Assembly (NCBI GenBank): GCA_963762255.1
Contig: CAVXKA010000002.1
Coordinates: forward strand, 640,001-704,000
DNA length: 64,000 bases
Source of the DNA: Candidatus Eiseniibacteriota bacterium
Lineage (GTDB): Bacteria > Eisenbacteria > RBG-16-71-46 > JABDJR01
Direction: 5' to 3'
This document shows, in pieces, positions 49,762 through 57,802 of this stretch. Position 1 is the stretch's first letter. Every line of letters begins with the position of its first letter. Below the pieces are notes generated by a model that made no database searches, was not told the origin of the DNA, and saw nothing but the letters and a program-made list of their open reading frames with translations. The position numbers and the translations under genes were made by a program.

Positions 49762-50325
49762 TTGAAGATCGCGTTCATCGGCACGCATGGGGTGGGAAAG
49801 ACGACCCTGTGTTTCGATCTCGCCGCCAATCTCAAGCGCCTCGACTTCACCGTGGACCTCGTGAAAGAGGTGGCGCGGGATTGTCCCCTGCCCATCAACC
49901 GCGACACCACCTACGACGCGCAATCGTGGATCTTTCACACCCAGATCGCGCGCGAGCTGGCCTCGGCGGGACGCCACGAGGTCGTCATCTGCGACCGCTC
50001 GGTGCTCGACAACTACGCGTATCTGGTCAACAAGATCGGGCGGCGCAAGGAAATGGACCCCCTCATCACCCACTGGCTCACCACGTACGGCGCGCTGGTC
50101 AAGGTGCCGATCTGGAAGGCCCCGAGTTTCGACGGCGTACGCGACGTGGGGCTCGAGTTCCAGCGCGAGATCGACCGCACGCTGGAAGCCCTCATCGCCG
50201 ATTTCGGCGTCTCCGTGCTGCGGCTGGAGCCGAGCGAGATGGAGATGTGGACCCAGCGTGTGCTCGACTACCTCGACCTCCCCACGCGGGCCGAACAAGT
50301 GCAGCTCTTCCCGGAGGATGCATGA
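49762..50325 (+). CDS. P-loop NMP-kinase-like ATPase (AAA_28/NadR-like)
   Basis: [32 protein letters not shown]; TTG start with GAGG RBS. Confidence 0.8.
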   Translation: MKIAFIGTHGVGKTTLCFDLAANLKRLDFTVDLVKEVARDCPLPINRDTTYDAQSWIFHTQIARELASAGRHEVVICDRSVLDNYAYLVNKIGRRKEMDPLITHWLTTYGALVKVPIWKAPSFDGVRDVGLEFQREIDRTLEALIADFGVSVLRLEPSEMEMWTQRVLDYLDLPTRAEQVQLFPEDA

Positions 50326-51470
50326 CCCGTCACGATTCCAAGCACCATTACCTTGCCGGGCCCCGCATCCAACCGCAAGCCATCCGCGGCGGCATGACGG
50401 TGGACACGCTCATCGACGAGACGTTCCTGGCCTACAACGCGGGGCGCATCCAGACCGCGGCGCGGCTCCTGGTCGAGAAGGGACTGCACGCGGACACGAC
50501 GATGGGGCTCTCGCTGGCCGGAGCCATGAGCCCGGCGGGGGTGACGCTTTCGACCATCATCCCGCTCGTGCAGGCGGGGTTCATCGACTGGATCGTCTCC
50601 ACGGGGGCGAATCTCTACCACGATGCGCATTTCGGGCTGGGGCTGGCGCTTCACCGAGGCAGCCACACCCTCGACGACCGTCAGCTCTTCGAGGCGGGGG
50701 TGATTCGCATCTACGACGTCCTCTTCGACTACGAGGTCCTGCTCAAGACCGACGCCTTCATCCGCGAGGTGATGAAGAACCCCGAGTTCAAACGCACGAT
50801 GGGCACCGCGGAGTTCCACCACTTGCTCGGCAAGCACCTCGCCGCGCGTGAGGAAGCGCTGGGGCTCAAGGACACGTGCCTCCTGACCGTCGCCTACCGC
50901 TGCGGCGTGCCGTGCTACGTCTCGTCGCCCGGGGATTCCTCGATCGGCATGAACGTGGCCGAGATGGCGATCCGCGGCGAGGGCCCGGTGATCGACGTGA
51001 GTCGCGACGTCAACGAGACGGCGGCCATCGTCTACGATGCCAAGAAGCACGGGAAGAGCGCGGTGCTGCTCCTGGGCGGCGGCTCACCCAAGAACTTCGT
51101 ACTGCAGACCGAGCCGCAGATCCAGGAAGTGCTGGGATTGCCGGAGAAGGGGCACGACTACTTCATTCAGGTGACGGACGCGCGGCCCGACACAGGCGGG
51201 CTTTCGGGGGCGACGCCCTCCGAGGCGGTCTCGTGGGGCAAGATCGATCCGTCCCAACTCCCCGACACGGTCGTCATCTACTCCGACACCACGATCGCGG
51301 CGCCGCTCCTGGCCGCCTACATGCTGAGTCGGCACGAGCCGCGCCCCTTGAAGCGGCTCTACGACCGCCGCGATGCGATCTACGGGCGATTGCGCGAGGA
51401 CTTCCTGTCAGCTCGGCGCGAGCCGGAGGACATTCGCGGCACACGCGACGAGGTGCGCCCGGGCGGTTAG
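50322..51470 (+). CDS. Deoxyhypusine synthase-like protein (probable homospermidine synthesis)
   Basis: [44 protein letters not shown]; GGAGG RBS; ATGA overlap. Confidence 0.9.
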   Translation: MTRHDSKHHYLAGPRIQPQAIRGGMTVDTLIDETFLAYNAGRIQTAARLLVEKGLHADTTMGLSLAGAMSPAGVTLSTIIPLVQAGFIDWIVSTGANLYHDAHFGLGLALHRGSHTLDDRQLFEAGVIRIYDVLFDYEVLLKTDAFIREVMKNPEFKRTMGTAEFHHLLGKHLAAREEALGLKDTCLLTVAYRCGVPCYVSSPGDSSIGMNVAEMAIRGEGPVIDVSRDVNETAAIVYDAKKHGKSAVLLLGGGSPKNFVLQTEPQIQEVLGLPEKGHDYFIQVTDARPDTGGLSGATPSEAVSWGKIDPSQLPDTVVIYSDTTIAAPLLAAYMLSRHEPRPLKRLYDRRDAIYGRLREDFLSARREPEDIRGTRDEVRPGG

Positions 51471-51503
51471 CCGCTCGGTCTGGACGACGCCGAGACGAGT
51501 CTT

Positions 51504-54161
51504 CTACTTCGCCTCGAAACGACCCTGGAAGAAACGCAGCTTGTCCGGCTCGTACACGAACGTGAGTCCCTTGAGACTCTCCCGCCGGGCGTAGACCCGC
51601 TGAATCCCCTCGGCGATCCCCCGCATGTGGTCGTTGGTGTAGACCCGGCGAGGAATCGTGAGGCGAACCAATTCCAGGGCGGGGCGGTAGTTTTGGCCCG
51701 TCTGCGGGTTCCGGCCCTTGGAGACGTTGCCGCGCTCCATGGCCCGCACCCCGGTCTCGACGTAGATCTCGGCCGCAAGTCGCTGAGCCGGGTACTCGTC
51801 CTGATCGATATGGGGCAGAAATCTCTTGGCATCGATGAAAATCGCATGCGTTCCCGCGGGGACGACGATCGGAACCCCGGCCTCTTGCAGGAGCTGCCCC
51901 AGATAGTGGGTTTGCTGCACGCGGGACCGGATGTACCGATCGTCCAGCATCTCCTCGATTCCGCGGTTGATGGCTGCGAGGTCCGCGGTGGCCAGCCCCC
52001 CGTCGGTGACGTTCCCCTCATAGATCCGCAGCAACTCCAACGCCTTGTCCGCCCATGCCTGATTGTCCCGGAAGGCGAGGAGGCCGCCGATGTTGATGAG
52101 GAAGTCCTTCTTCCCGCTCACCGTGCAGCCGTCTCCGTAGAGCATCATCTCCCGCACGATGTCTCGGATCTTCACCCCGCGGTAGCGAGGATCCCGATTC
52201 TGGATCATGTACGCATTCTCGACGAACCGGGTGGCATCGAAGAAGATCGGGATGCCGAGCGCGCTGCAGTACTCGTACACCTCCTTCATGTTGTCCATGC
52301 TGACCGGCTGGCCGCCGGCCATGTTCACCGAGTGCTCGAAGGAGATATAGGAGACCTTCTCCGCCCCGTGCTCGTCGACCACTGCGCGGAGCTTCTGCAG
52401 ATCGATGTTCCCCTTCCAGGGGAATTCGCTCTGGGTGTCATGGGCCTCGTCCACGATGATGTCGACGAAGACGCCCCCCGCCAGTTCCTGATGAAGCTTG
52501 GTCGTGGTGAAGTACATGTTTCCCGGCACCCATTGCCGATCCTTGATCATGACCTGGCTCAGGATGTGTTCGGCCGCCCGCCCCTGGTGGGTGGGAATGA
52601 TGAACTGGTACCCGAGAACATCCTGAAGCGTCGCGGTCAGGCGGTGGTACTCGTCGCTGGACGTGGCGCTCGCTCGCGCGCCGTCGTAGGCCGCCCACTG
52701 ATCGGTGCTCATGGCCGTGGTCCCGGAGTCGGTCAGGAGATCGATGGAGACGTCTCCGGAGCGAAGCAGGAACGTGTTGTACCCCGCCTCTCGAATCGCC
52801 CGCTCGCGCTGGTCCCGGGCGAGAACTCCGACCCTCTCCATGGTGTGGATCTGGTAGGGCAGGGTATCGAATTCGAAGGACCGGAGGTTCGGGAAGACCC
52901 AGTGGTAGTGCATCTGGTCCCGCCAGGCTCCACCCGCGATCTCCTGAAGACCCGCCACCTGGTCGCACTGCCCCTGCAAGGCAACGATCGCATCGGCCAC
53001 CTGATCGAGCTGCGCGTTGGTCATGGCCAACCGAGGAATCTGAACCGGCACCAGCCGGTCCTTGCCGACCAGACCGGTGGCCACCGCGCGAACTCCGGAG
53101 AGCAGATAGAGCGCGGCCGAGAACGTGTCCTGCTGGTGCTCGGTGATGTGCGGCAGGAATTCATCGGCCCGGATGTAGGCCCCGTCGCACCCCCGCTCCA
53201 GAGGGACGCCCGCATCCCGGAGCCTCTGTGTGAAGCGTTCCGTCTGGTGCATGACCCAGTGAACTTCACCCTCGTCGCACATCTCCTGGATCCCGCGGGC
53301 GAGAACTTCCATGGTCCGGCCGGCCATCCCCCCGTAGGTGTGCAGGCCCTCGTAGACCACGACCTCGTTCATGAACTTCTCGTGCACGTCGGGGTCGTCG
53401 GTCGTGAGAATGCCCCCGGTGTTGCACTTGGGATCCTGGGCTCCGTCCATCTGGAAGACATCGGTGGTCTTTACGATCTGCTTCACGATCTCGGCGACAG
53501 GCCTGTCGGCCTGGCCCGGCTCGTGGTGCTGGATGTACCAAGCGTTCTCGATCACCCGGGAACCGTCGCAGATGACGAGCTTCCCGTGCTTGGCCGCGGC
53601 TGCCTTCACCGCCCGCAGGTTGGCGAGGCTGAAGGGGTGCCGCCCGTCGGCGAACGCCTGAAGCCCGACGAAGGCCACGTTCCCCTGCTTGAGAACTCCC
53701 TCCAGTCGTCCCAGGTCGACGTTCCCGGTGAACACCGGCTCCTCGGTGTCCCGCACGTCCGGGTACTGAACGTTCAGCGGTCTGAACACGTCCAGCCGCG
53801 AGCGCGCGTTGCTTGGCACGGCGGACCCGGCCGGCACCAGGGTCGACACCACCAGCTTCACGCAGCCCAGCACGTTGTGAGTGGGACAGACGTACCCGTG
53901 CCCGAGAACGTCCTTCACCGCCCTCTCGAGCGATTCGAAATTGCGGGAGCCCGCGTAAGCCTCGTCGCCGATCAACTGACCGGAGAGCTGCTCCTGACTG
54001 AACGCGCTGGTTCCCAGCGAGCACATGTCGAAGTTGACCTGGGTCGGGGTCAGATGCCAGACGTTGAATCGGGCCCGGGAGAGATACTTCTTGCGCTCTT
54101 CCAGCGTGGGGAAGGAGAGAAGCCGGACCGTCTTGATCTTGTGGGGCTCGTGCGTGACCAT
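51504..54161 (-). CDS. tpl: Tandem-duplicated tyrosine phenol-lyase (885 aa)
   Basis: C-half: DLLTDSGT, THQGR, GNMYFTTT, DATR, SGKKD, MERG, RLTIPRR, LRFF (TPL-type); N-half is a divergent second copy; AAAGGA RBS. Confidence 0.9.
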   Translation of the reverse strand: MVTHEPHKIKTVRLLSFPTLEERKKYLSRARFNVWHLTPTQVNFDMCSLGTSAFSQEQLSGQLIGDEAYAGSRNFESLERAVKDVLGHGYVCPTHNVLGCVKLVVSTLVPAGSAVPSNARSRLDVFRPLNVQYPDVRDTEEPVFTGNVDLGRLEGVLKQGNVAFVGLQAFADGRHPFSLANLRAVKAAAAKHGKLVICDGSRVIENAWYIQHHEPGQADRPVAEIVKQIVKTTDVFQMDGAQDPKCNTGGILTTDDPDVHEKFMNEVVVYEGLHTYGGMAGRTMEVLARGIQEMCDEGEVHWVMHQTERFTQRLRDAGVPLERGCDGAYIRADEFLPHITEHQQDTFSAALYLLSGVRAVATGLVGKDRLVPVQIPRLAMTNAQLDQVADAIVALQGQCDQVAGLQEIAGGAWRDQMHYHWVFPNLRSFEFDTLPYQIHTMERVGVLARDQRERAIREAGYNTFLLRSGDVSIDLLTDSGTTAMSTDQWAAYDGARASATSSDEYHRLTATLQDVLGYQFIIPTHQGRAAEHILSQVMIKDRQWVPGNMYFTTTKLHQELAGGVFVDIIVDEAHDTQSEFPWKGNIDLQKLRAVVDEHGAEKVSYISFEHSVNMAGGQPVSMDNMKEVYEYCSALGIPIFFDATRFVENAYMIQNRDPRYRGVKIRDIVREMMLYGDGCTVSGKKDFLINIGGLLAFRDNQAWADKALELLRIYEGNVTDGGLATADLAAINRGIEEMLDDRYIRSRVQQTHYLGQLLQEAGVPIVVPAGTHAIFIDAKRFLPHIDQDEYPAQRLAAEIYVETGVRAMERGNVSKGRNPQTGQNYRPALELVRLTIPRRVYTNDHMRGIAEGIQRVYARRESLKGLTFVYEPDKLRFFQGRFEAK

Positions 54162-54328
54162 GCTCGTTCCTTTGGAGAGATCCGATTCCGAGCGCGACCC
54201 GTCGATTAGAGCGGAAGGGGGCTCCGCCGGGCAAGAGGGTAAGAGATCATTCCCAAAATGTATCGCCGCGGACTTCCGGTATTTCGGGTTACTTGCCCAA
54301 CCGGCGAGCCCGGACGCGATCGACATCG

Positions 54329-54361
54329 CGAGGGGGGGTCGGATTCCCCGATCCCCCCTCG
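54329..54361 (-). terminator. 14-bp GC-rich hairpin after the 54388-55845 gene
   Basis: CGAGGGGGGGTCGG-ATTCC-CCGATCCCCCCTCG, one non-Watson-Crick position; no U-tract. Confidence 0.45.
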
Positions 54362-54387
54362 AACGGACAGTTCCCCGATAGGCTCGA

Positions 54388-55845
54388 TCAGCGCATGAGT
54401 AGGAGCTTCCGGGTGAGCTTCTCCCCCGCCACCTCCAGGCGGTAGAAATAGATCCCCGACGGCATGGAGTCCGGCGACGTCGCATCGAGCGTCACCCGCT
54501 GCAAGCCGGGTTCCATCGGCGCGTTCACGATGACCCTCACCAACCGGCCCTGCACGTCGAAGAGGCTCAGGCGGACGGGCACTGTAGCTGCCCCGTCCTT
54601 CGCCGCGGGAACCTGGAACGAAATCTCCGTGCTCCGGGTGAACGGGTTCGGCGAGTTCTGGAGAAGTCTCGGAGTCGGCGAGAGGTCGCCGTCATCCAGA
54701 CCGCCCTGGCCGGTCGGGAAGATCTTGAATCCCTCGGGGGCGCGCGTCTGCAGTGTCGCCATCACGATGCCCCTGCTGGGGATGTTCCAAGTGAGGTTGG
54801 CCCCCGAGAAATAGGGCTCGTTCACCACCGGATTGATCGAGAGCAGCGGGTCGATGGGCACGCCGAGGGGAATCACATTCCCGTAGTCACTTATCGCCCA
54901 TGCGTCCCCGGTGAAGACGTCGATGACGGCGAAATCCAGCAGGACCCCCGCAGGCACACAGGTCGAGTACACGCCGGGAGCGGGATCTAGACCATCCGAG
55001 AAATCCCATGCGCCCTCGTCGGTCATGAAGCCAAGCCTCAGCACTTCGGGCGCGGCCATCAGCTCGACGGTAATTGTCACCCAGGTGCAATCTGGCTTGA
55101 ACTCCTCCGGCCAGCCGGTGCCGCCAAAGACCGGCATGACATTGAAGTTCTGCTTCTCATCCTTGGCCCTGTAGGGCTTGTACGAATGGCCGTTCGTGAT
55201 GTTCCTGATCTTCTGCTGCTTGTCGGCCTCGGTGAACGACCGATTGTCCTGAGCTCTCTGGCTTGCAGGCACGAGGGTTCCGTCACAGTTGACGTCCCCG
55301 GGATTCCTCGAATGGCCGGCTCCGCGAAGGATGTGATCGAGTTCGTGCGCGGCATTCTCCCCGATCGCATTGGAGCGGGCGGTCGAGTTGCTGAACCACG
55401 TCGAGACGTTCGGATCCGCGGTGAACTCTCCACCGTAGATGTTGGCCGTAGTGCTCCAGGCCTCCCCCCACACCAATCCATCCCCGGTCACGGTATCCCG
55501 ATCCGGAGTGATATTGAGCTGGTGATAGGACCCCGTCGTCGGCTTGACCGTCGTGAAGTTGATGAGCGTGGAGGCGAAGCCGTACTTGCTCTTCAGCGTC
55601 TCCATGACCATGCCTCGCTCGGTCGCGTTCAGCCAGTTGGACTGCATGCTCACATAGACGGTGATGACCGCACCGGTGCCCGGCTGGAGCATCATCCGGT
55701 CGGAGCGGGAGAGAGGAACAGGCGGCGAGAACCCGGGGGCGGGGCCGGACCACGCGGGGTCACGTCGACCCAGGTCGGCCGTCGCCGGAGCCGCGAGAAG
55801 GACGAGGGCGAGAGGGATCAGCAGGGCGATCGCGAACCAACGCAT
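54388..55845 (-). CDS. Secreted zincin-like metalloprotein with FlgD-Ig/T9SS-like tail
   Basis: Signal peptide; NAAHELDHILRGAGH; QNSPNPF..T.I.F..LFDVQGRLVR..SGIYFYRL tail. Confidence 0.75.
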   Translation of the reverse strand: MRWFAIALLIPLALVLLAAPATADLGRRDPAWSGPAPGFSPPVPLSRSDRMMLQPGTGAVITVYVSMQSNWLNATERGMVMETLKSKYGFASTLINFTTVKPTTGSYHQLNITPDRDTVTGDGLVWGEAWSTTANIYGGEFTADPNVSTWFSNSTARSNAIGENAAHELDHILRGAGHSRNPGDVNCDGTLVPASQRAQDNRSFTEADKQQKIRNITNGHSYKPYRAKDEKQNFNVMPVFGGTGWPEEFKPDCTWVTITVELMAAPEVLRLGFMTDEGAWDFSDGLDPAPGVYSTCVPAGVLLDFAVIDVFTGDAWAISDYGNVIPLGVPIDPLLSINPVVNEPYFSGANLTWNIPSRGIVMATLQTRAPEGFKIFPTGQGGLDDGDLSPTPRLLQNSPNPFTRSTEISFQVPAAKDGAATVPVRLSLFDVQGRLVRVIVNAPMEPGLQRVTLDATSPDSMPSGIYFYRLEVAGEKLTRKLLLMR

Positions 55846-56014
55846 GCGCTACCCCCTATATTGGGGCACCCCGTGGGGGCCAAACCATGGCTCCGTACAG
55901 ATGCGATACATATATATAGTATTTCGGTTCTTGCCGCAGGTCAACGCATATGGCGGGGTCGTGCCGAGGATTCCCGCCGCCCGATGGACTCAATACAAGA
56001 CTAATTGCATCGTG

Positions 56015-57802
56015 TTAGTCGGTTTTGACGGTACGGACGCCATCCCCCGATCCTCGGCGCCGCACCCCCTCCAGGGCGCGCTTCAGCCCCTGTGCGTATG
56101 GAGCATCCGGCTCGCCCGCGAGAACTGTCGCCAGTTCCTCCTCGGCACGGTCGAGATCTCCACGCCGATCGGCGTCCTCGAGATATAGCTCGAAGTGGCA
56201 GCGGGCCAGTACGTACCTCGTGAAAAGCAGATCGGGAAAGCTGGCCAGCACCCGATCGAGGGGGTCGATGCACTCCTCGTAGCGGGCCGCCTCGTAGTCC
56301 GCCTTCACCTGATTGAGCATTCGGCTCGCCTCCCCGAAGGGAACCGTGCGATCGATCCGTGGATCCTGCTGCTCGGCGAGACGTCGATACGATTCCAGGT
56401 CTCGGAGGAAGGAGCGCGATTGCATGACTGAAGGAGCCCAGGACGGGTCCCGAGCGGTGAGAACGAGCGTCGCCCCCATCACTCCCATGGCGCCGAGAGC
56501 ACGCCACCGGCGCCCGGAGCGGAGCGTCGCCGCCAGCCAACACAACCCGGCAGCGGCGAAGATCGCCAGGTAGGGCACGATGAGAAGCCGGAAGCGGGCA
56601 AGAACGATGAACGCGATCGTCTGCAGGAAGATGAGCGCCATGAACACGTACAGGGGCAACAATTCCCTGCGGCGTCTCGCCGTCACGATCATTCCCAGGA
56701 TCGCGAAGGGCAGAAGAAAAGCGTACGAGGTGAACGGAAGCCGCAGCCCGGCGACCACGTTTCGGGCGTGGTAGAAGTTCACGTTGTTGGGAACCTCGTA
56801 GTCCCTCCAGAAGGCGCGCGTCTTCCTCCACCAGAGATTCGCGAGTCCTTCCGGCGCACCGGCATGGGCTTTGAAGACCTCGATGACGGTGGCCGGGAAC
56901 TGGTTCTTCGTCTTCCACACCGTCTCCTTGGTGGAAGGAGGAAGGTGAAATCCTACCGACCCCTCCACCGCAGTGTCCGGCGCGTTCCCGGAGATGAACG
57001 TCACCGGTCCCCGCGTGTCAATCTGGAGCAGCGGTTGACCCACCTCGGCGTTCCTCGCCGCGAGCAACCCCAGAGGAACGGCGAAGAGAAGCGCGTAGAC
57101 GGCGATGAACCTCAGGCGCTCGCGCCACACCTTCGTGGCGACGAGGACAAGGATCACCGCGCCCAGCCAGTACGCCGACGGTTTGGCCAGCAGGTCGATT
57201 CCGGCCACGAAACCGGCCGCCGCCCAGAGAGCCGCCCGCTTGCGGCTCATCGCGGCCAGGAGGGTGAGGAGCGCTGCGAGGTTGAGGAGGGTGAGGAGTG
57301 TCTCGCGGAGCAGGGTCATCTCGAAGAAGATGAAGGGACCGTAGACGGCGGTGATCAAGGCGGCAAGCAGAGGGATCCAGCCCGGGAAGAACCGGCGCGC
57401 GACGAGATAGACGAGCAGCACGCGCACCACCCCGAGAAGGAGCTGCGCGGCGTACGCGCGGTCCGGGTTCACCCCGGCGACTGCATAGATGGCCCCCACG
57501 AAATAGCCGTAGAGAGGGGCCTGATAGAAGGCGCTCGGCCCGCCGTACCACGCCACCCACTGCTCGGCGGGCGCGATGACGCGGGCCCAGGAGTGGCAGG
57601 GCAGAAACGCGTTCCGGTACAGGATGTCCCCGCCGGCAATACGAACACCGAATTGATGCCACGTGAAGTTGTCGAGTTCCGTGAAGTGCGTGTAGTCGAG
57701 CGGCATCTTGGACGTGAACTCGGCGAATATCGCGGCCCTCAGCAGCGCCGCCAACAGGAGGATCGCGCCGAGGAGAGTCCAGTCACGGCGACTTGGGTTC
57801 AC
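56015..57802 (-). CDS. GT-C (ArnT/PMT-like) glycosyltransferase with C-terminal TPR
   Basis: LRAAIF..ELD..W, FYQAPLY.YF, LLRE.L, F.SGN.P, E.PNN, ARFRL. Confidence 0.8.
   Translation of the reverse strand: MNPSRRDWTLLGAILLLAALLRAAIFAEFTSKMPLDYTHFTELDNFTWHQFGVRIAGGDILYRNAFLPCHSWARVIAPAEQWVAWYGGPSAFYQAPLYGYFVGAIYAVAGVNPDRAYAAQLLLGVVRVLLVYLVARRFFPGWIPLLAALITAVYGPFIFFEMTLLRETLLTLLNLAALLTLLAAMSRKRAALWAAAGFVAGIDLLAKPSAYWLGAVILVLVATKVWRERLRFIAVYALLFAVPLGLLAARNAEVGQPLLQIDTRGPVTFISGNAPDTAVEGSVGFHLPPSTKETVWKTKNQFPATVIEVFKAHAGAPEGLANLWWRKTRAFWRDYEVPNNVNFYHARNVVAGLRLPFTSYAFLLPFAILGMIVTARRRRELLPLYVFMALIFLQTIAFIVLARFRLLIVPYLAIFAAAGLCWLAATLRSGRRWRALGAMGVMGATLVLTARDPSWAPSVMQSRSFLRDLESYRRLAEQQDPRIDRTVPFGEASRMLNQVKADYEAARYEECIDPLDRVLASFPDLLFTRYVLARCHFELYLEDADRRGDLDRAEEELATVLAGEPDAPYAQGLKRALEGVRRRGSGDGVRTVKTD

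Noticed and set aside
54162-54330. TnaC-like leader peptide before tpl (MISYPLARRSPLPL*)
   Set aside because: No good RBS and no TnaC-like residue pattern; a single Tyr is chance level
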